The notes under the pieces are model-generated. The model did no database searches and was not told where the DNA came from. It was given only the letters and a program-made list of their open reading frames with translations. This document shows positions 52,889 through 61,029 of a DNA stretch of 61,029 nucleotides, in pieces. This DNA comes from Candidatus Omnitrophota bacterium (GTDB taxonomy: Bacteria > Omnitrophota > Gorgyraeia > B26-G9 > JBDRCZ01), in the NCBI GenBank assembly GCA_043821285.1, contig JBDRCZ010000115.1, forward strand, positions 1 through 61,029, written 5' to 3'. The translations under genes were made by a program, and so were the position numbers. The stretch's first letter is position 1, and every line of letters starts with the position of its first letter.

Positions 52889-54823
52889 TTATATTATTCT
52901 CATTAATGCGGTTTTTACTTTTTCCGCATCGTTTAATATCCTGGTCGTTGTCGTTCCATCCCAAAAGTCAAAAATCGTTTCCTTGATATTATCCGTGGAC
53001 ACAATTTTAATATAGCCTTTTTTTTCCAAATGCGTCAAAAATTTCTCATGTTTAGTTGTCCCAAACCCAAGTCTTACCGGTCGAAATGCAATGACCCCGG
53101 CCGAAGAAGCGGCTGCTTCAGAAACCATCGATACGCTCTCGCCGGAAACAATAATTATATCACTCAAGACTAAAATTTCCGGGATAACTTCTCTATCACT
53201 ATTTACATTTGAAATAACAACCATTTTACACCATTTAAAATCTTTCATTTCTTCTCTTACGATATTTTCTACCACCGCAGAGGTACGGCGCGAAGTAGTG
53301 ATTAAAACCTCTGCATCGGTCTCGATTGCTGCTGCTTTTACATCTTTCAATACTTTTCTAACCAGTGCCGCAGTGATCCTCATCTTTTTCGTATCGCCGC
53401 CAATCAATACGCCAATTATTCTGTCTTTGGTAATATTTAGCCGGTGGCGCAGCATAGGTAATTTTTGCCGGTATTTTTCAAACGGTAATAATATTATTGC
53501 CCCCTCAGTGGTAACGATATTTTTACCCCTCGGGGGATGATCATGTTTCGGCATAATAACCAGATTATATAAACCGGCCGGGAAAAATGAAGGTTTCATC
53601 ATAATGACATTCTTGGCATTATTTTCCTGAGAGATTATCCTATTTACCGCGGCAATGGACGCACCGGCAGAAACCACAACGTCGGCATAGCTCTTCATCA
53701 ATTTATTAAAAGCATCTCCCTTCAATCCAAATTTTAAGCAGCGCATACATCCCTGACAGCTGCGTGACGACAATAACCCGCAAAGGGTTATGAACATGCG
53801 CAGTACTGGATTTTTATATTGAATTTCAACAACATTGGTTTCAACCTTCATGTTATCTGATTTTAATAAATTGACGATCGATTGCGACTGGCGCAAATGT
53901 CCAGGTTTTCTATCGCTTAATAACAATATATCTCTTTGCGGAGAATATTTCCAGCGTTTATAAACCCAAACCCATTGTTCCGGGTAACGGTAAATATATT
54001 TTTCTAATAACGCATTAAATTTTTCTAAAGCCTTTTTTGTATCAACTTCAATATCACCGCTGTAAGAAACATCCAGTTCGTCTTCGACTATAATCTTATG
54101 TTTCAAACCCGCTCTGACAATAAATAGCGGTAAGACTTTAGCCTTAGTTTTTTGGGCAAACATAACTACTCCCTGCGGAACAGGCACTTCCCGTCCGAGA
54201 AATTCAACCACAACTGAATTCTTATCCGCACCCTGGTCGGCCATCATTCCGACAACCTTATTTTCTTTAAGCGATCTGATTATTTCTCTTACGGCCATGC
54301 CTAACGGAACAATCCGGCAGCCTTTTTCCTGACGATACAGGTTTAACAATCTGTTCAGCCGGGGCATTTTTTGTTCTTTAGCTAATACGACAACCTCGTA
54401 TCCCTTAATTGATGTTGCCACTGGTAACAATTCCCAATTACCAAAGTGGGCGCTTAAAAGAATTACCCCTTTATTGAATGTTAAAGCTTTGTCGATTTTT
54501 TCATATCCCTGGAATTCTACATATTTTTCTATATTTTTCCGGTTAAGCTTTGGAAACTGCAATATTTCCATAACCATCATTCCTAAATGAATAAAAAGAC
54601 GGCGGTTTATTTTTTTGATCTCCGCCGGAGGTAATTTCATGCAGAAGGCGGATCTAAGATTACCATAAGAAATTCTTTTCTTCTTCCGGCTTAAACGAAA
54701 TGCCAACAGGCCCAAAAGTTTGCCTAAAAAGAGTGTAATCCGGTAGGGAAGAATGCCAATAACCGCCGACACACATTTAGCGCTTATATAAACTAAAAAG
54801 TCTTTTTGTAAATTCTTCTTCAT
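52889..54823 (-). CDS. Fusion protein: lipid A late acyltransferase (LpxL/LABLAT family) plus ELM1/DUF1022-like domain
   Basis: N-terminal ~295 aa are LpxL-like (GVILLSAHFGNWE, YPEQWVWVYKRWK). The C-terminus has SDRKPGHLRQSQ, MPKHD, VLIGGDTK, TTSRRT, GESVSMVSEA, typical of ELM1/DUF1022. Confidence 0.75.
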   Translation of the reverse strand: MKKNLQKDFLVYISAKCVSAVIGILPYRITLFLGKLLGLLAFRLSRKKKRISYGNLRSAFCMKLPPAEIKKINRRLFIHLGMMVMEILQFPKLNRKNIEKYVEFQGYEKIDKALTFNKGVILLSAHFGNWELLPVATSIKGYEVVVLAKEQKMPRLNRLLNLYRQEKGCRIVPLGMAVREIIRSLKENKVVGMMADQGADKNSVVVEFLGREVPVPQGVVMFAQKTKAKVLPLFIVRAGLKHKIIVEDELDVSYSGDIEVDTKKALEKFNALLEKYIYRYPEQWVWVYKRWKYSPQRDILLLSDRKPGHLRQSQSIVNLLKSDNMKVETNVVEIQYKNPVLRMFITLCGLLSSRSCQGCMRCLKFGLKGDAFNKLMKSYADVVVSAGASIAAVNRIISQENNAKNVIMMKPSFFPAGLYNLVIMPKHDHPPRGKNIVTTEGAIILLPFEKYRQKLPMLRHRLNITKDRIIGVLIGGDTKKMRITAALVRKVLKDVKAAAIETDAEVLITTSRRTSAVVENIVREEMKDFKWCKMVVISNVNSDREVIPEILVLSDIIIVSGESVSMVSEAAASSAGVIAFRPVRLGFGTTKHEKFLTHLEKKGYIKIVSTDNIKETIFDFWDGTTTTRILNDAEKVKTALMRII

Positions 54824-55826
54824 TTTTTATAATCTCAAGTTCAATAGTTAAAACCCAAACTTTAATATCCACCGCCCCATAAACATCGCATATTTTTATC
54901 CAATCTTTCAATGTCGTAATAATCTGATCGATTTTTTTATTGCCGCAAACTGTTTTAACACGTAAAATATCATTTTCGGTATATTGATGGTGATCTGGAA
55001 AACGAAATTTTTCAGCAACCGCCGCGCCTAAACCGGAGACGGTCTGTTCAAAAGACAAGGGATTGCCGATACCGGAAACAACCCCGACCCCGACCCCCTT
55101 AATCACTGAAGGCGGCATATGTGTTTTCATCAGGGGATCATAAATCGAAATCGGTTTATGAATCGTTTCGACAATCAAAGCATTATTATTTACCGATAAT
55201 ATAATCTGCTTAATCCGCGGCACATTTTCTCTCCCAATATCCGTCCGTGTCAAGACAATAACATCTGCCCGTTTTAAATGGCTAATCGGCTCCCGAAGGA
55301 TCCCCCGTGGAATAACATGTCTATTCCCGAACGGGGCAATCATATCCACGGTCACAATATCCAAGTCCCGAAACAGCCGAACGTGTTGAAACCCATCATC
55401 TAAGATTAGCGTTTCCGCCTGATGGGTGCGCAGTGCTTTTTTGCCGGTTTGATAGCGATCGCGTCCGACAACTACCGGAATATGCGGTATTTTTTCACGA
55501 TAAATCTTTACCTCATCCGCCTGCTCTTCTTCCCTTGGCCAGCCGCGGGAAAGTATGACCACATTTTTGCCTTTTGCCTGAACCCGCCGGGCAATAAATT
55601 CAACCAGCGGTGTTTTCCCGGTACCTCCTAAGGTTATATTGCCGACACTGATAACAACGCTTTCAAGTTTATGTCTTTTTAAGAGCTTACAATTATAGGC
55701 ACATATTAATAGTTTTATTGCGGCAAGATAAAATAATGATACACAATACATAAAAAATTTAACCGGGGCATATTTCCCGTTTATTTTATCCTGGGCCAGT
55801 GCAAGGAGAAAATTTTTCATTTTCAT
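54777..55826 (-). CDS. lpxK: Tetraacyldisaccharide 4'-kinase
   Basis: VISVGNITLGGTGKTP P-loop, LSRGW, ILDDGFQH. The ORF-track start 55859 (MDKKIPQEFFY) lies in the repeated leader. The likely start is ATG 55826 or 55820 (MKMKNF/MKNF). Confidence 0.88.
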   Translation of the reverse strand: MKMKNFLLALAQDKINGKYAPVKFFMYCVSLFYLAAIKLLICAYNCKLLKRHKLESVVISVGNITLGGTGKTPLVEFIARRVQAKGKNVVILSRGWPREEEQADEVKIYREKIPHIPVVVGRDRYQTGKKALRTHQAETLILDDGFQHVRLFRDLDIVTVDMIAPFGNRHVIPRGILREPISHLKRADVIVLTRTDIGRENVPRIKQIILSVNNNALIVETIHKPISIYDPLMKTHMPPSVIKGVGVGVVSGIGNPLSFEQTVSGLGAAVAEKFRFPDHHQYTENDILRVKTVCGNKKIDQIITTLKDWIKICDVYGAVDIKVWVLTIELEIIKNEEEFTKRLFSLYKR

Positions 55827-55890
55827 ATAAAAAAATTCCTGCGGAATCTTTTTATCCATTTAAAAACCTTTCGTGTTCAAACCTTCCCTT
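55827..55890 (-). promoter_or_regulatory. Structured leader, short form; MDKKIPQEFFY is in frame with lpxK
   Basis: Sense strand: AAGGGAAGGTTTGAACACGAAAGGTTTTTAAATGGATAAAAAGATTCCGCAGGAATTTTTTTATATG. Near-identical to 20488-20557. Confidence 0.55.
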
Positions 55891-56232
55891 AACAATGAAT
55901 TAAATATACCTTACTATACCCCAGTTATCCACCGATTGAAAATCTTATTGTTCCCTATAAGTTAAAAAAAATCCCCGCCTTAATGCCGTGCAGTACCGTT
56001 AATCTTTAACCCCCGTAAAAACAGGTGGGTGTCCTCTTACCGTACCTTTCAAGATACTGTAAAGTTAGACTCCCTATATATATAGTGTTGGATTAAGATT
56101 ATCTAGTATACACGTACATGGCAGGGAATTATTGCCATATAATCCAATGATAACAATTATAATATAGCACAATATCCAATATTTTGCAATATTTTTTTTA
56201 AATAAGCAGATAATTCGACGTTAAATTATAAA

Positions 56233-58275
56233 TCACCTAATCTCGACGCCTAATTTGTCACTCAACTGACAACATATTTTCTGGTGTATTTCCGAAACCT
56301 CTGGATCCTTTAATGTCTTATCGGCACTCTGATACACAATGGAATAGGCTAAGCTTCGATATCCCGCAGGAATTTGTTCCCCATGATATTCATCGAACAA
56401 ACGCACGTCATTTACTAATCCGCGGCCGGTCAATTTAATTAAATCTATAATATCCTGCGATTTAACCTTTAGTTCTGTGATCAATGCCACATCCCGTACT
56501 ACGGCCGGATAGCGCGGCAGCGGTAAAAAGCGGCGCGCAAGCTTTATTTTATCCAAAATCTTATTAACCTCTATTTCTGCCGCATAGACACTCTGTTCGA
56601 TATTTAGCGCATTAAGCAGTTGGGAACCCACTTTGCCAATTCTGCCGATAACTTGTTTATCGGCAAGAAGATCGGCTGCCTCGGATTCGTTAAATATTTT
56701 ATTCTGAGCGGCCTTGGTAAAGCTAAAATCATTTATGCCTAATTTATAAAACAATCCCTCGATCATCCCTTTCAAATAATAAAAATCTATTTCTTTTTTA
56801 TGCATCTGCCAGTTATTAAATTTATTCCCGCTTAAAGCAATAACCAGCTGCATTGCTTCATGCGGTTTATTACGATCTTCTTGCTGATAAACCGTGCCTA
56901 ACTCAAAAATCTTAATATCCAAATTACGGTGATTAAGATTATAGGCCACGGTTTTTAAAGCAGGCATAACTAAACTTGGACGCATAAAACGCTGTTCAAT
57001 CGTTAAAGGATTTTTAATCTCTACCGCTGATTCTAAATCGCCAGCACAACTGATTAACTTTTCTCCGCAAAGGGTATAGGTAATAATCTCATGCAGCCCC
57101 CACCCGGATAAAGTATCTTTTATATATTCTTTGATGATTAAATCGTACCCCTTAGGCAGAGTCTTTACGGCTTTAACCTTAGGCAATGTTTCTGGTATCC
57201 GCTGATAGCCAAATACCCGCGCGATTTCCTCAGTTAAATCAACCCGCGTTTCAAGATCTTGACGGAAACTCGCAGGGACAACCCTGATCCGGCCTTTCTT
57301 AAACTTGGATACCTTGCAGCCAAGCGCTGTTAGGATTGATGTTATTTTAGTATCTGAGATATTTACACCTAAAAGTTTCGCTGCTGAATTTAAAACATAA
57401 GTAATCGGTCTTTTTTTAATCTTATTTTTATAAACATCAACAATCCCGCCCACGATGCCACCGGCAGACTCGATAATTAAATTAACCGCACGGTTGGAAG
57501 CGGCATTAATGTTTTCCAGATCAACTCTACGTTCAAAACGATACGACGATTCCGTACTTATCCCTAATTTACGCACGGTATGGCGGATGGAAACCGGGTC
57601 AAAATAAGCCACTTCCAGCAAGATATTTTTGGTCTTATCAGTTACTTCCGTATCACGTCCCCCAATTACCCCGGCAATAGCAATCGGGCAAGTTTCATCG
57701 GCAATAACCAGCATCTCCTTGTCCAGCTCGCATTTTTTTCCATCAATGGCAATAATACTTTCCCCGTTTTTTGCTTTTCTAATTATCACCTTCCGGCTGC
57801 TTATTTTATCAAAATCAAAAAGATGCATCGGGTGTCCCAATTCAAACAAGCAGAAATTTGTGATATCAACTACATTATTTACTGATCTAATCCCTATGCT
57901 CTTAAGCCTTAAAGCCAGCCATGTTGGGGAAGAACCCACCTTAACACTCTGAATAAGCCTGGCGCTATACCGCGGACAATCTTTAACCGCGGCCACGGTT
58001 ACCTCAAATGAGGAAAGTTTTTTTGCCTTATATTTTAATTTTAACTCCGGTATTCTAAATTTTGCCCCGGAGATTGCCGCAACTTCACGGGCCACGCCGG
58101 TAATGCTTAACCAGTCCGAACGGTTAGAGGTTATTTCAATATCCATAACCGTGTCATTGTCGATTGTTTCAATTGAGGTAATTTCTAACCCGGCCATCGT
58201 CAGCATACTGCTCAAATTCTTCACTGATTCTTTGGTACTTACATATTCTTTTAGCCATTTATAAGGTATCTTCAT
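56233..58275 (-). CDS. pheT: Phenylalanine--tRNA ligase beta subunit (short form lacking the N-terminal OB-fold tRNA-binding domain)
   Basis: MKIPYKWLKEYV start, B3/4, B5 and C-terminal FDX-ACB blocks (PAVVRDVAL...YSIVYQS). 680 aa against ~795 in E. coli. Confidence 0.9.
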   Translation of the reverse strand: MKIPYKWLKEYVSTKESVKNLSSMLTMAGLEITSIETIDNDTVMDIEITSNRSDWLSITGVAREVAAISGAKFRIPELKLKYKAKKLSSFEVTVAAVKDCPRYSARLIQSVKVGSSPTWLALRLKSIGIRSVNNVVDITNFCLFELGHPMHLFDFDKISSRKVIIRKAKNGESIIAIDGKKCELDKEMLVIADETCPIAIAGVIGGRDTEVTDKTKNILLEVAYFDPVSIRHTVRKLGISTESSYRFERRVDLENINAASNRAVNLIIESAGGIVGGIVDVYKNKIKKRPITYVLNSAAKLLGVNISDTKITSILTALGCKVSKFKKGRIRVVPASFRQDLETRVDLTEEIARVFGYQRIPETLPKVKAVKTLPKGYDLIIKEYIKDTLSGWGLHEIITYTLCGEKLISCAGDLESAVEIKNPLTIEQRFMRPSLVMPALKTVAYNLNHRNLDIKIFELGTVYQQEDRNKPHEAMQLVIALSGNKFNNWQMHKKEIDFYYLKGMIEGLFYKLGINDFSFTKAAQNKIFNESEAADLLADKQVIGRIGKVGSQLLNALNIEQSVYAAEIEVNKILDKIKLARRFLPLPRYPAVVRDVALITELKVKSQDIIDLIKLTGRGLVNDVRLFDEYHGEQIPAGYRSLAYSIVYQSADKTLKDPEVSEIHQKICCQLSDKLGVEIR

Positions 58276-58327
58276 TTTTAAATAGTGTTAAGTTATAACA
58301 CGTAAGTGGTATATGCCCTTACGCCAG

Positions 58328-59341
58328 TTAGCAAAATTGTTTTAGAAATCTTAAATCATTATCAAAAAATATCCGGATATCGTCAATGCCAAATTTGAGC
58401 ATTGCCATACGCTCAACCCCCATGCCAAAAGCAAACCCGGTAACTTTATCCGGGTTATAGCCGACATTTTCGAATACCTTCGGATTAACCATCCCGGCAC
58501 CAAGTACCTCAAGCCAGCCTTTATGAGAACATACCCGGCAGCCTTTACTTTTACAGATAATACAAGAAATATCTACCTCGGCACTCGGTTCAGTAAACGG
58601 AAAAAAATGCGGCCTAAACCTCATTCGGGTATCCTGGCCAAAAAATCTCTGAACAAAAACTGAAAGTATACCTTTCAGGTCAGAAAATTTTATATCGTCA
58701 TCTACAACTAATCCCTCAACCTGATGGAACATAAACGAATGACTGGCATCTACCGCGTCCGGGCGATAAACCTTCCCCGGGACAATAACCGCCAGCGGCG
58801 GTTTTGTCTTTTTCATTACCCGGATTTGAACCGGTGATGTATGGCTGCGCAGGAGTAATTTACTATTACTTAAATAAAACGTATCAAACGTATCCCGCGA
58901 GGGATGGTCAAGGGGAATGTTTAATGCCTCAAAATTATTAAACTCGGTTTCAATTTCTGGTCCTTCGATGATCGAAAACCCCAGCCCGGTAAAAATATCG
59001 CCGATATCCCGGCTAACCTGTGTTAACGGGTGCACACTCCCGCACTCCTCCCCTGTGCCGGGCAAAGTAATATCAATGTCTTTAGCAAACGCTCTGCTAA
59101 TATTCAAACCTTGAATTTTTTCCTGATGTGCTTTGGCAATACAGTTTTTCAAGGTATTAAGCTGCCGGCCAAATTCCGGTTTTTTCTCAGGAGGGACGGT
59201 TCCTAACTTAGCAAAAAGCATAGCCACCTTTCCGCGTCGTCCAAGGTATTCTACCCGTTTTGCTTCAAGTTCTTCAAAATTTGCAGCCTGCTCAATTGCT
59301 GTTACAGCTTCCTGTTGTATCTGTTTTATCTCTTCTTCCAT
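58328..59341 (-). CDS. pheS: Phenylalanine--tRNA ligase alpha subunit
   Basis: 337 aa. Class II motifs: LRSHTSPVQIR, FRPHFFPFTEPSAEVD, GAGMVNP, FAFGMGVERMAM. Confidence 0.93.
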   Translation of the reverse strand: MEEEIKQIQQEAVTAIEQAANFEELEAKRVEYLGRRGKVAMLFAKLGTVPPEKKPEFGRQLNTLKNCIAKAHQEKIQGLNISRAFAKDIDITLPGTGEECGSVHPLTQVSRDIGDIFTGLGFSIIEGPEIETEFNNFEALNIPLDHPSRDTFDTFYLSNSKLLLRSHTSPVQIRVMKKTKPPLAVIVPGKVYRPDAVDASHSFMFHQVEGLVVDDDIKFSDLKGILSVFVQRFFGQDTRMRFRPHFFPFTEPSAEVDISCIICKSKGCRVCSHKGWLEVLGAGMVNPKVFENVGYNPDKVTGFAFGMGVERMAMLKFGIDDIRIFFDNDLRFLKQFC

Positions 59342-59417
59342 AAGATCATACTTCCTTAAATAACGACATAAGTTATGGAGCTGTTAAGCAACATAACTTA
59401 TTTGTCGGAATTTATTC
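59342..59417 (-). promoter_or_regulatory. Structured pheS leader hairpin shared with the rpsB leader
   Basis: Hairpin at 59365-59406 (GACAAATAAGTTATG...CATAACTTATGTC), followed by TTATTTAAGGAAG and the ATG. Flanks match 43081-43140. Confidence 0.6.
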
Positions 59418-59562
59418 CGAAGCTTAAACAAAAATTTTCAAAGAAAATTTTTGTTTGTCTAAGCAAGGGGCAAATGACCCACCATGTCCCGCCACAATAC
59501 CGGCGAATCTTTGACTTTTGGCGAGGAATTTAATCCCTGTCCGCCAATTTTTGTGGCGGATA

Positions 59563-59916
59563 TTAAGCATATTCCTTTACCACCTCGACCAATGCATCAA
59601 ATGCCGTTGAATCATTTATTGCAATATCTGAAAGCATTTTTCGATCAAGCAATATTTTAGCTTTCTTTAGTCCATTAATAAACTTAGAATAGGTTATACC
59701 GGAGTGCCGGCAGGCCGCATTAATCCGTAGAATCCATAAATTTCTGAAATTGCCCTTGTTCTTTTTGCGGTCAGCGGTCGCGTAACGCAATGCCCGGTCA
59801 ACTGTTTCTGTCGCATGGCGGTAAAGATTCCTTCTGCCTAACACATACCCCTTGCTCATTTTCAGTACTTTTTTTCTGCTTTTCCTTCCTGCTTTTGTAT
59901 ATCTTGCTCTTGCCAT
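59563..59916 (-). CDS. rplT: 50S ribosomal protein L20
   Basis: [24 protein letters not shown]...; 117 aa. Confidence 0.93.
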   Translation of the reverse strand: MARARYTKAGRKSRKKVLKMSKGYVLGRRNLYRHATETVDRALRYATADRKKNKGNFRNLWILRINAACRHSGITYSKFINGLKKAKILLDRKMLSDIAINDSTAFDALVEVVKEYA

Positions 59917-60066
59917 CTTACAATTGCCTCCTAATTTTCGGCTCCACTGAAAAAAGTGAAACCGGCACAGATTACCAGATTAAGACAAAAGATGATCACC
60001 GATATTATTAACAAAACTGCATTATCGCTGATTTTTGTCTAAGCACTGTCTTTGAATACAAACTAA

Positions 60067-60261
60067 TTAATAAGGAAGATTGCTCAAAATTCTTTTTTGA
60101 TCACTTTTATGCACCATTGCTGGTTTTCGCAGCCTTCTTTTTCTTTTCATATTCTTAGAGGTTTTAAGATGCCCCTTATTTGCCTTACTTCTTTTAAATT
60201 TTCCAGTTCCCGTACGCTTAAAACGTTTTGCCACCCCTTTTCTAGTTTTCAATTTTGGCAT
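60067..60261 (-). CDS. rpmI: 50S ribosomal protein L35
   Basis: MPKLKTRKGVAKRFKRTGTGKFKR...; 64 aa. Confidence 0.93.
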   Translation of the reverse strand: MPKLKTRKGVAKRFKRTGTGKFKRSKANKGHLKTSKNMKRKRRLRKPAMVHKSDQKRILSNLPY

Positions 60262-60330
60262 AAAAGCCCACCTCGCTTTTTTTCCGCAATGCGGATAAAT
60301 GATTATGCTTATAAAATAAAATTGTTCCTT

Positions 60331-60837
60331 TTATTTTGGCCTAATGACCATGAGCATGGTCCGGCCTTCTTTTTTTACATCCTGTTCTAATGCCCCGATG
60401 TCTTCGATGTCTTTTACTAATTTATCCAGTAGTCTTTTCCCAATATCGAGATGGGTAATTTCGCGGCCGCGGAACCTCATGGAAACCTTTACCTTATCCC
60501 CGCGTTCGATAAATTCCCGCAAATGTTTTAATTTAACCTGATAATCATGGGTTTCAATCTTTGGGCTCATACGTATTTCTTTAATATGCATCACGTGCTG
60601 TTTCCGACGGGCTTCTTTTTCACGTTTATTTTGTTCATACTTATACTTACTATAGTCCATTACCCGGCAGACTGGCGGAGCTGCCTGAGGAGCAACTTCA
60701 ACTAAATCAAGCTGCTTTTCCCTGGCAATCTCCAGCGCCTTTGCCGGCGGCATAATCCCCATTTGTTCGCCATCCGCTCCGATTAATCTAATCTCTTTAA
60801 TCCGTATCTGTTCATTTATTCTTACACCTTTTGAAAT
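60331..60837 (-). CDS. infC: Translation initiation factor IF-3, probable AUU start
   Basis: RINEQIRIKEIRLIGADGEQMGIM...; infC-rpmI-rplT order. ATT at 60835-60837 lies 5 nt after GGGGGTGG. The ORF track used GTG at 60846. Confidence 0.88.
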   Translation of the reverse strand: MSKGVRINEQIRIKEIRLIGADGEQMGIMPPAKALEIAREKQLDLVEVAPQAAPPVCRVMDYSKYKYEQNKREKEARRKQHVMHIKEIRMSPKIETHDYQVKLKHLREFIERGDKVKVSMRFRGREITHLDIGKRLLDKLVKDIEDIGALEQDVKKEGRTMLMVIRPK

Positions 60838-60897
60838 ACCAACCACCCCCTTCTTCTATGTTTTTGGGTTCTGTCAAAAATTATCACGAGTAAAGAA

Positions 60898-60915
60898 CCC
60901 CGCCTAAAGGCGGGG
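60898..60915 (-). terminator. Intrinsic terminator after the transposase fragment
   Basis: Minus-strand RNA: CCCCGCC-UUUA-GGCGGGG followed by UUCUUUACU. Confidence 0.6.
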
Positions 60916-60917
60916 CA

Positions 60918-61028
60918 TTAAAAATTAAATTCCATCTGCCTTGGGGCTTTCTCTTGATGTTGATGATACGCTATATATTTTTTGATAACTTCTTCTGTTA
61001 CTTTATCTCCTACTGTTCGTGCAAAATA
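60918..61028 (-). mobile_element. 3' end (36 codons) of an IS200/IS605-type Y1 transposase (TnpA) or related REP-associated transposase; remainder beyond window end
   Basis: My translation: YFARTVGDKVTEEVIKKYIAYHQHQEKAPRQMEFNF*. It fits the C-terminal pattern of IS200-family TnpA (compare IS608 CFISTVGGAPLNVVKQYIENQ, from memory). Confidence 0.5.
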
Positions 61029-61029
61029 T

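Noticed and set aside
55990-56060. RNase P RNA (CGGTAAGAGGACACC resembles the GGUAAGAGCGCACC block)
   Set aside because: No GAGGAAAGUCC P4 element or other universal RNase P blocks in the 340-bp gap. The single match is short and probably chance.

Overview
61,029-bp AT-rich bacterial chromosomal window. Every gene I can support (about 50 CDS, 4 tRNAs) lies on the minus strand. The LPS genes indicate a diderm, and the sulfide-dependent homocysteine genes suggest an anaerobe; I cannot assign the lineage from sequence alone. In order of increasing coordinate (the reverse of transcription):
- 1-3,900: partial MFS transporter, CaCA antiporter, diadenylate cyclase fused to a YbbR domain, secreted hypothetical.
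- 4,062-19,204: alpha-glucan/trehalose supercluster glgB, treS-pep2, glgE, treY, GH57, treZ.
- 19,357-22,990: sulfur block of COG2122/UPF0280, NIL-ferredoxin, DUF39 and cysK.
- 23,005-30,614: two histidine kinases plus a receiver, a B12 radical-SAM protein, a DEAD-box helicase.
- 31,446-37,274: tRNA-Asp/Val, glmS, nagA, tal, rpe.
- 37,555-43,069: decayed TMTC/PMT-like TPR gene, tRNA-Glu/Lys, frr, pyrH, tsf, rpsB.
- 43,475-55,859: integrase fragment, then an LPS core/lipid A cluster (heptose kinase, three GT9 domains, GT4s, deacetylase, LpxL-ELM1 fusion, lpxK).
- 56,233-61,028: pheST, rplT, rpmI, infC, and the 3' end of an IS200-like transposase.

The coding content is mostly housekeeping, and I found no obvious defence or secretion island. 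The unusual signal is in the spacers:
(1) Helically phased ATYYGTG/CACRGAT heptamer arrays.
(2) A roughly 125-nt REP/MITE-like hairpin element, inserted after stop codons and sometimes supplying the last codons of genes.
(3) Several families of duplicated, structured 5' leaders with compensatory stem changes, including an SD-hairpin-AUG module with an MDKK mini-ORF found upstream of glmS, lpxK, the NIL-ferredoxin gene, a response regulator and the helicase.

There are also gene remnants (CorA C-terminus, integron-type integrase N-terminus) and several domain fusions. All calls come from reading translations and motifs by eye; no searches were run.
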